Shown here piece after piece: positions 58,322-64,000 of a DNA stretch of 64,000 bases. The notes below the pieces were generated by a model. It was not told where the DNA came from. It saw only the letters and a program-made list of their open reading frames with translations, and made no database searches. The first letter of the stretch is position 1, and the number at the start of each line of letters is the position of its first letter. This stretch comes from Candidatus Kapaibacterium sp. (lineage in GTDB: Bacteria > Bacteroidota > Ignavibacteria > Kapaibacteriales > UBA2268), in the NCBI GenBank assembly GCA_963664875.1, contig OY761611.1:1344001-1408000 (forward strand). The letters run 5' to 3'. A program made the translations under genes and the position numbers.

Positions 58322-60871
58322 ATGGAAGGTAATTTTTCTAATAGGGTAAACGAAGTAATCAAGCTCAGCAGAGAGGAAGCTATCCGCTTGGGTCATGATT
58401 ATATTGGAACAGAACATTTGCTCCTTGGTATTATCAGGGAAGGCGAGGGAATAGCTTGCCAAATCCTTAAAAATCTCGGCGCGGATTTATACAAACTCAA
58501 AAAAAGTATCGAAGAAACAGTTAGGCCTTCGACTTCCACTTTGACTATCGGCAACATACCGCTTACTAAACAAGCGGAAAAGGTGCTTAAGATAACTTAT
58601 TTGGAAGCGAAATTATATAAATCTGATATGATTGGCACTGAGCATCTTTTACTCTCTTTGCTAAGAGATGACGAAAATATTGCTGCTCAGATTCTTTTCC
58701 AGTTTACTATCAATTACGACGCTGTTCGAAAAGAATTAGACAATATTATTAGTGGCAATCCCTCTACTCCGCCTGCTCCGCAGCATACTTCGAAATCTCC
58801 GAAGCAAGCGAAGGAAAGAGTAAAAACTCCTGTGCTTGATAACTTTGGCAGAGACCTAACTAAACTTGCTTTGGAAGACAAATTAGATCCGGTAATTGGC
58901 AGACAAAAGGAAATAGAGCGTGTTTCGCAGGTTCTTTCTCGACGCAAAAAGAACAATCCTGTTCTTATAGGCGAACCGGGCGTTGGTAAAACTGCAATCG
59001 TGGAAGGTCTTGCTTTGAGAATCGTCAAAAAGCAAGTTTCACGCGTGCTATTCGATAAGAGAATTGTTACTTTAGATCTTGCGTCTTTGGTAGCAGGCAC
59101 AAAGTACCGTGGTCAGTTTGAAGAAAGAATGAAAGCTGTAATCAATGAATTAGAAAAAGCCCAAGACGTGATTCTTTTCATTGATGAGATACATACAATT
59201 GTAGGTGCCGGCGGAGCTTCCGGTTCACTTGATGCATCTAATATGTTTAAGCCTGCTTTGGCTCGCGGCGACATACAATGTATAGGTGCAACCACGCTCG
59301 ATGAGTACCGTCAAAATATCGAAAAAGACGGAGCATTGGAGCGTAGATTCCAAAAAATCATCGTGGATCAGCCTTCTGTCGAAGAAACAAGAATTATCCT
59401 CGACAAAATCAAAGACAGATACGAAGAGCACCACAATGTAATATATTCTGAAGATGCTTTGGATACTTGTGTGCGTCTTGCAGAAAGATATATCTCAGAC
59501 AGAATGTTCCCGGACAAAGCGATTGATGTATTAGACGAAGCCGGTGCAAGAGTTCACCTCTCTAATATTTCAGTGCCTGAGCACATTCTCGAATTTGAGA
59601 AAAAAATAGAAGATGTTAGAATAGAAAAAAATCAGGTTGTCAAACAGCAGAATTTCGAAGAAGCTGCAAGGCTCAGAGATTCTGAAAAGCGTTTGCAAGC
59701 TGAGCTCGAAGAAGCAAAAGAAGCATGGGAAAAACAAGTTTCTGAGAAAGTGTATCCTGTTACTGAAGATGATATAGCAGACATAGTGGCTATGATCACG
59801 GGCGTGCCTGTAAACAAAGTAGCAGAAAGCGAATCTAAAAAACTATTACAACTTGCTGATGACCTTAAGAAAATGGTTGTCGGTCAGGACAACGCTATAC
59901 AAGAACTTGCAAAAGCTATTCGCAGAGCAAGGGCCGGTCTGAAAGATCCAAGTCGCCCGATAGGTTCGTTTATGTTCCTCGGGCCAACAGGTGTAGGTAA
60001 AACAGAATTAGCAAAAGCTCTTGCAAGAGTAATGTTTGACTCGGAAGATGCTCTAATTAGAGTTGACATGAGTGAATACATGGAAAAATACAGCGTTTCC
60101 CGCTTTGTAGGAGCGCCTCCGGGATATGTTGGCTATGAAGAAGGTGGCCAGCTAACTGAAAAAGTAAGACGCAAGCCTTATAGCATCATTCTACTTGACG
60201 AGATTGAAAAAGCTCACCCAGATGTATTTAATGTGCTTCTTCAGGTATTCGACGATGGCCAGCTCACTGATGGTAACGGCAGAAAAGTTGACTTTAAAAA
60301 TACTATTATCATCATGACTTCAAATGTCGGTACAAAAGATGTAAAAGCAGGTGGTAAGATAGGATTCACAGAAAACACTCCGGATAGTGAGTATGAAGCA
60401 GTGAAAAACACAATAGAAGATTCTGTTAAAAATCTCTTTAATCCTGAGTTTATCAATAGGATAGATGATTTAATTATCTTCCGCAAGCTTACAAAAGAGA
60501 ATATTTATGGAATTATTGATATTCAGCTTAATCAGCTCAAAAACAGAATGAAAGTCAATAATATGACATTAGAGTTTGACCAGGCTGCTCTCGATATGCT
60601 TGTTGATAAAGGATTCGACGAAAAATTTGGTGCTCGTCCATTGCGACGTGCATTGCAAAAATATGTCGAAGACGAGCTTGCAGAAGAAATGCTGAAGGGC
60701 AATTTGCTTCCGGGTGCAAAAATTATCGGTACTTTAAATACGGAAACAAACAAAATTGAATATAATTTCAATGGCGGAGAACGAGTTATTGACGAAAGAG
60801 AAATCAAAACTCCTATCATCGAAGAAAAGGAAAACTTCGAAATAAAGCCGGGTGAAATTAACGAAAATTAA
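58322..60871 (+). CDS. clpC: ATP-dependent Clp protease ATP-binding subunit ClpC
   Basis: Two Clp-N repeats, GEPGVGKT and GPTGVGKT Walker A motifs, UVR coil. Confidence 0.95.
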   Translation: MEGNFSNRVNEVIKLSREEAIRLGHDYIGTEHLLLGIIREGEGIACQILKNLGADLYKLKKSIEETVRPSTSTLTIGNIPLTKQAEKVLKITYLEAKLYKSDMIGTEHLLLSLLRDDENIAAQILFQFTINYDAVRKELDNIISGNPSTPPAPQHTSKSPKQAKERVKTPVLDNFGRDLTKLALEDKLDPVIGRQKEIERVSQVLSRRKKNNPVLIGEPGVGKTAIVEGLALRIVKKQVSRVLFDKRIVTLDLASLVAGTKYRGQFEERMKAVINELEKAQDVILFIDEIHTIVGAGGASGSLDASNMFKPALARGDIQCIGATTLDEYRQNIEKDGALERRFQKIIVDQPSVEETRIILDKIKDRYEEHHNVIYSEDALDTCVRLAERYISDRMFPDKAIDVLDEAGARVHLSNISVPEHILEFEKKIEDVRIEKNQVVKQQNFEEAARLRDSEKRLQAELEEAKEAWEKQVSEKVYPVTEDDIADIVAMITGVPVNKVAESESKKLLQLADDLKKMVVGQDNAIQELAKAIRRARAGLKDPSRPIGSFMFLGPTGVGKTELAKALARVMFDSEDALIRVDMSEYMEKYSVSRFVGAPPGYVGYEEGGQLTEKVRRKPYSIILLDEIEKAHPDVFNVLLQVFDDGQLTDGNGRKVDFKNTIIIMTSNVGTKDVKAGGKIGFTENTPDSEYEAVKNTIEDSVKNLFNPEFINRIDDLIIFRKLTKENIYGIIDIQLNQLKNRMKVNNMTLEFDQAALDMLVDKGFDEKFGARPLRRALQKYVEDELAEEMLKGNLLPGAKIIGTLNTETNKIEYNFNGGERVIDEREIKTPIIEEKENFEIKPGEINEN

Positions 60872-60890
60872 ACCTTGCAAATTTACCTAT

Positions 60891-60930
60891 AAAAAAAACC
60901 TCTGTTTTTAGCTAAACAGAGGTTTTTTTT
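60891..60930. terminator. Bidirectional rho-independent terminator
   Basis: A-tract-CCTCTGTTT/AAACAGAGG-T-tract between convergent genes. Confidence 0.85.
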
Positions 60931-60947
60931 GAATTGCCATCAGAGGA

Positions 60948-61082
60948 TTAGTTTCTTCTGTCTTCAAAAGTTTCTTCTGATTTTTCTTTTATTCTTTTTA
61001 CAATATAAAAAACAATAATAGCAGCGGTGATTAGACCAAGCATTATGTATCCTAAGATAAAAAGTATTGGTATGAGTTCCAT
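60948..61082 (-). CDS. Small single-TM protein
   Basis: MELIPILFILGYIMLG...ETFEDRRN directly downstream of ybjQ. Confidence 0.6.
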   Translation of the reverse strand: MELIPILFILGYIMLGLITAAIIVFYIVKRIKEKSEETFEDRRN

Positions 61083-61086
61083 TTTT

Positions 61087-61404
61087 TTACTTTTTGAGTT
61101 TAACAGCAGTTCCATACACCAATATTTCAGCAGCACCCTGCATCACTGCCGAAGTAGTAAACCTAACATTCAAAACAGCATCAGCGCCGAGCCTTTCAGC
61201 ATCTTCCACTAAACGCTCCAAAGCCTGCTCTCTGGAGTCTGCAAGCAACTTAGTATAATTTGCTATTTCCCCACCTACTACATTTTTCAGACCGGCAAGG
61301 AAATCGCTACCAATATTGCGGGCTCTTACAGTACTGCCACGTACTATACCCAAATATTCAGATATTTCATGCCCTATCAAATCGTTTGTGTTTGTTAAAA
61401 TCAT
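61087..61404 (-). CDS. ybjQ: YbjQ (UPF0145) family protein
   Basis: LKNVVGGE...GADAVLNVRF...YGTAVK. Confidence 0.9.
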   Translation of the reverse strand: MILTNTNDLIGHEISEYLGIVRGSTVRARNIGSDFLAGLKNVVGGEIANYTKLLADSREQALERLVEDAERLGADAVLNVRFTTSAVMQGAAEILVYGTAVKLKK

Positions 61405-61432
61405 TAGTCCATTTCCGAAAGTATTTATGAAA

Positions 61433-62608
61433 TCAATCGATATTCTCTACTATCATTGCTACGGCTTCGCCACCACCTATGCAAAGCGATGCCATTCCAT
61501 ATTTCTTATCCCTTTGCTTCAGGGCATATATCAAAGTTGTCAGCACTCTTGCTCCCGAAGCTCCAATGGGATGCCCCAGAGCTATTGCACCACCATTTAC
61601 ATTTATCTTTTCGTATGGGATATTAAGTTTTCTTGCTCCAATAATAGAAACAGTAGCAAAAGCTTCGTTAATCTCAAACAAATCGATATCCTCAATCGCA
61701 ATACCTGCTTTATCGGCTGCCTTTTTCATAGCTTCTACGGGAGCAGTTGTAAACCACTCCGGTTCCTGAGCGTGAGTAGCATAAGCAATAATCTTAGCAA
61801 TAGGTTTCTTATTATGCTTGCTAACATAGCTATCGGAAGCAATCACCAACGCAGCCGCTCCGTCATCAATTGAAGAAGCATTAGCAGCAGTAATTGTTCC
61901 CTCTTTTTTAAATACGGGTTTTAGCGAAGGAAGTTTCTCAAAATTAACTTTCGATGGTTCTTCATCTAAATCAACAGTAATATCGCCTTTGCGTGTAGAA
62001 ATTACTACCGGCACAATCTCATCAACAAACAAACCGGATTCCTGTGCTTTGATGGCACGTTTGTAACTCAAAGTTGCAAATTCGTCCTGATCTGCTCTGG
62101 AGATTTTGCATTCATCAGCACACAACTCGCCGGCAATACCCATGTGAAATTTATTATAGACATCCCATAATCCGTCATTGACCATCGAATCTACAAGTTC
62201 TCCGTTTCCCATTCTATAGCCTGTGCGAGCATTAGGCAGTAGGTATGGAGCATTCGACATAGACTCCTGCCCTCCGGCAACAACAAGACTTGATTCTCCC
62301 AAACGAATCGACTGATCAGCAAGCATAACAGCCTTTAAACCACTTCCGCAGACTTTGTTGATTGTCATACATGGGACATGATATGGCAATCCGGCAAATA
62401 CAGCAGCCTGTCTGGCAGGTGCCTGCCCGACTCCTGCAGTGAGTACGTTACCCATTATTACTTCATTTACATGTGTTTTATCGATTTCAGCCTGAGCAAG
62501 AGCCGCTTCGATTGCTTTAGCTCCTAACTGGGGTGCAGTCAGATTCGAAAATGCACCCATGAATGCACCAATGGGTGTTCGTTTTGCAGACAATATATAA
62601 GTCGCCAT
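61433..62608 (-). CDS. Acetyl-CoA C-acetyltransferase (thiolase)
   Basis: NKVCGSG, EINEAFA, GHPIGASG and CIGGG motifs. Confidence 0.95.
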   Translation of the reverse strand: MATYILSAKRTPIGAFMGAFSNLTAPQLGAKAIEAALAQAEIDKTHVNEVIMGNVLTAGVGQAPARQAAVFAGLPYHVPCMTINKVCGSGLKAVMLADQSIRLGESSLVVAGGQESMSNAPYLLPNARTGYRMGNGELVDSMVNDGLWDVYNKFHMGIAGELCADECKISRADQDEFATLSYKRAIKAQESGLFVDEIVPVVISTRKGDITVDLDEEPSKVNFEKLPSLKPVFKKEGTITAANASSIDDGAAALVIASDSYVSKHNKKPIAKIIAYATHAQEPEWFTTAPVEAMKKAADKAGIAIEDIDLFEINEAFATVSIIGARKLNIPYEKINVNGGAIALGHPIGASGARVLTTLIYALKQRDKKYGMASLCIGGGEAVAMIVENID

Positions 62609-62876
62609 ATTTGATCTTTCCTTGAAAATTGCAAATAAAATATCTCAATAACTTAGAAACGGTATTGGCAAAATGATATTTTCAAAAATGTGTAAAAAAA
62701 AACATTATAAAATTATCTCCATGATATAATGGAAAGTCTTATAATTTATAGACTTACAAGAATTTGGTATATAATGAGTAATTTTTGGTAGAATAAATTA
62801 TCAATCTTCTACTTTAATTTTTCAAATATGTGTTATATATTTGCTTGTTGCAGTGTAACACAGTTTTGCAATAGGC

Positions 62877-63512
62877 ATGAAAATAATACAAATAGAAGCA
62901 GGTCCTCTAATGAACAACGCTTTTATAGTTTACTGCGAAGAAACTATGGAAGCAGCAGTTGTAGATGTACCTTTAGAAAGTAAAAATATATTTACTCAAG
63001 AGCTTGAGAGAGAAGGTTTGACATTAAGGTCTATACTTCTCACTCATTCGCATTTTGACCATATTGGCGACTGTGCCGAATTGCAATCATCTACCAATGC
63101 TGAAATCTATATTCATCAGGATGATGCTTATCGCTTAGAAAATCCCAACGAACATACTGTAATTAGTCTGCCTCCTATCGAGGGTGTAACAGATTATAAA
63201 CTACTTACAGATGGCATGGAAGTTGCGATAGGTAACTGTAAACTTGGAGTTATCCATACTCCGGGACATACTGAAGGTAGTGTTTGTTTTATAGATCATA
63301 TAGACAAACTTGTATTTTCAGGTGATACTTTGTTTCGAGAATCAGTAGGAAGATGTGATTTGCCGGGCGGCAATATGACTACTTTGATGCAATCAATAAA
63401 AACCAAGCTTATGGTACTGGACGACGACTATAAAGTGCTTCCGGGACACGGTCCTTTTACCAGCATAGGCATGGAAAAAAAATACAATCAGTTTAGAGCA
63501 AACTTTTTATGA
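62877..63512 (+). CDS. MBL-fold metallo-hydrolase (glyoxalase II-like)
   Basis: THSHFDH, TPGHT, GDTLF and PGHG motifs. Confidence 0.92.
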   Translation: MKIIQIEAGPLMNNAFIVYCEETMEAAVVDVPLESKNIFTQELEREGLTLRSILLTHSHFDHIGDCAELQSSTNAEIYIHQDDAYRLENPNEHTVISLPPIEGVTDYKLLTDGMEVAIGNCKLGVIHTPGHTEGSVCFIDHIDKLVFSGDTLFRESVGRCDLPGGNMTTLMQSIKTKLMVLDDDYKVLPGHGPFTSIGMEKKYNQFRANFL

Positions 63513-63997
63513 TAAAAGCAATAATATTATCCTTATTTTTGTTTTTGTCCGGATGTTCTTATTCTTTCAAAGGAGGTTCGGTACCTGCTCATTTAAAAAC
63601 TGTATATGTAGCACCCGTGATTGATAAAAGCAATTACGGCAATCCTACATACATTACTGACTTAAGTAATAAAATTATCGACGAAATTCGCTCGGATAAC
63701 TCACTTAAGATTGTAGAAATCGGTGGAGATTCGAGATTAGAAGTAACTATTACTTCTATAAATGAAAGGACTACTTCTGTTTCTGCTAATGAATTAGAGC
63801 AGGATAGGAAGGTTGTGGTAGCTTGCAAGGTTTCTTTTACAGACAAAATCAATAACAAGGTGATTCTGGAAAAGAGCTTCAGCAAAGACAGATTTTTTGA
63901 TGTTAACCAAGTACCGGATAGTCGTGATGAAGCTATCGGCGAGATAATCGGAGAGTTATCCGAAGAAATTATATTTGCGATTGTTTCGGGCTGGTAA
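63509..63997 (+). CDS. lptE: LptE-family lipoprotein
   Basis: Lipobox LSGC followed by YSFKGGSVP; C-terminal W. Confidence 0.75.
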   Translation: MIKAIILSLFLFLSGCSYSFKGGSVPAHLKTVYVAPVIDKSNYGNPTYITDLSNKIIDEIRSDNSLKIVEIGGDSRLEVTITSINERTTSVSANELEQDRKVVVACKVSFTDKINNKVILEKSFSKDRFFDVNQVPDSRDEAIGEIIGELSEEIIFAIVSGW

Positions 63998-64000
63998 ATA

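Noticed and set aside
58714-61873. Antisense ORFs over clpC, ybjQ and thiolase (similar ones over hsdR, cas8b and cas3)
   Set aside because: Shadow frames of well-supported genes with no motifs of their own

Overview
The window comes from an AT-rich genome, probably FCB group (Ignavibacteria/Kapabacteria-like; inferred from T9SS-type C-terminal domains and gene content). About 50.4 kb (1390-51781) is one integrative element inserted into the 3' end of the tmRNA gene and bounded by a 21-bp direct repeat. It carries a tyrosine integrase, a type I restriction-modification locus with four passenger genes, an rtcB(frameshifted)-X-prfH cassette, two T9SS-type secreted proteins, an 8-gene membrane/lipoprotein operon, a primase-helicase pair with an iteron origin, and a type I-B CRISPR-Cas system with no cas1/cas2/cas4. 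Main findings: (1) two apparently identical ISAs1 copies sit at the same base of the CRISPR repeat. The one in the leader-proximal repeat created a chimeric repeat (20 nt repeat + 10 nt IS end), now present in 10 copies with 9 spacers between them. (2) A degenerate mini-array upstream of cas6 has a short spacer matching the cas6 upstream region next to a CCA motif, suggesting Cascade autoregulation. (3) A ~125-nt structured leader occurs twice, in front of unrelated operons. Sequence right of the tmRNA is ordinary host genome (M28 peptidase, tpx, TPR kinase, clpC, thiolase, lptE). All coordinates and alignments were read by eye and no database searches were run.
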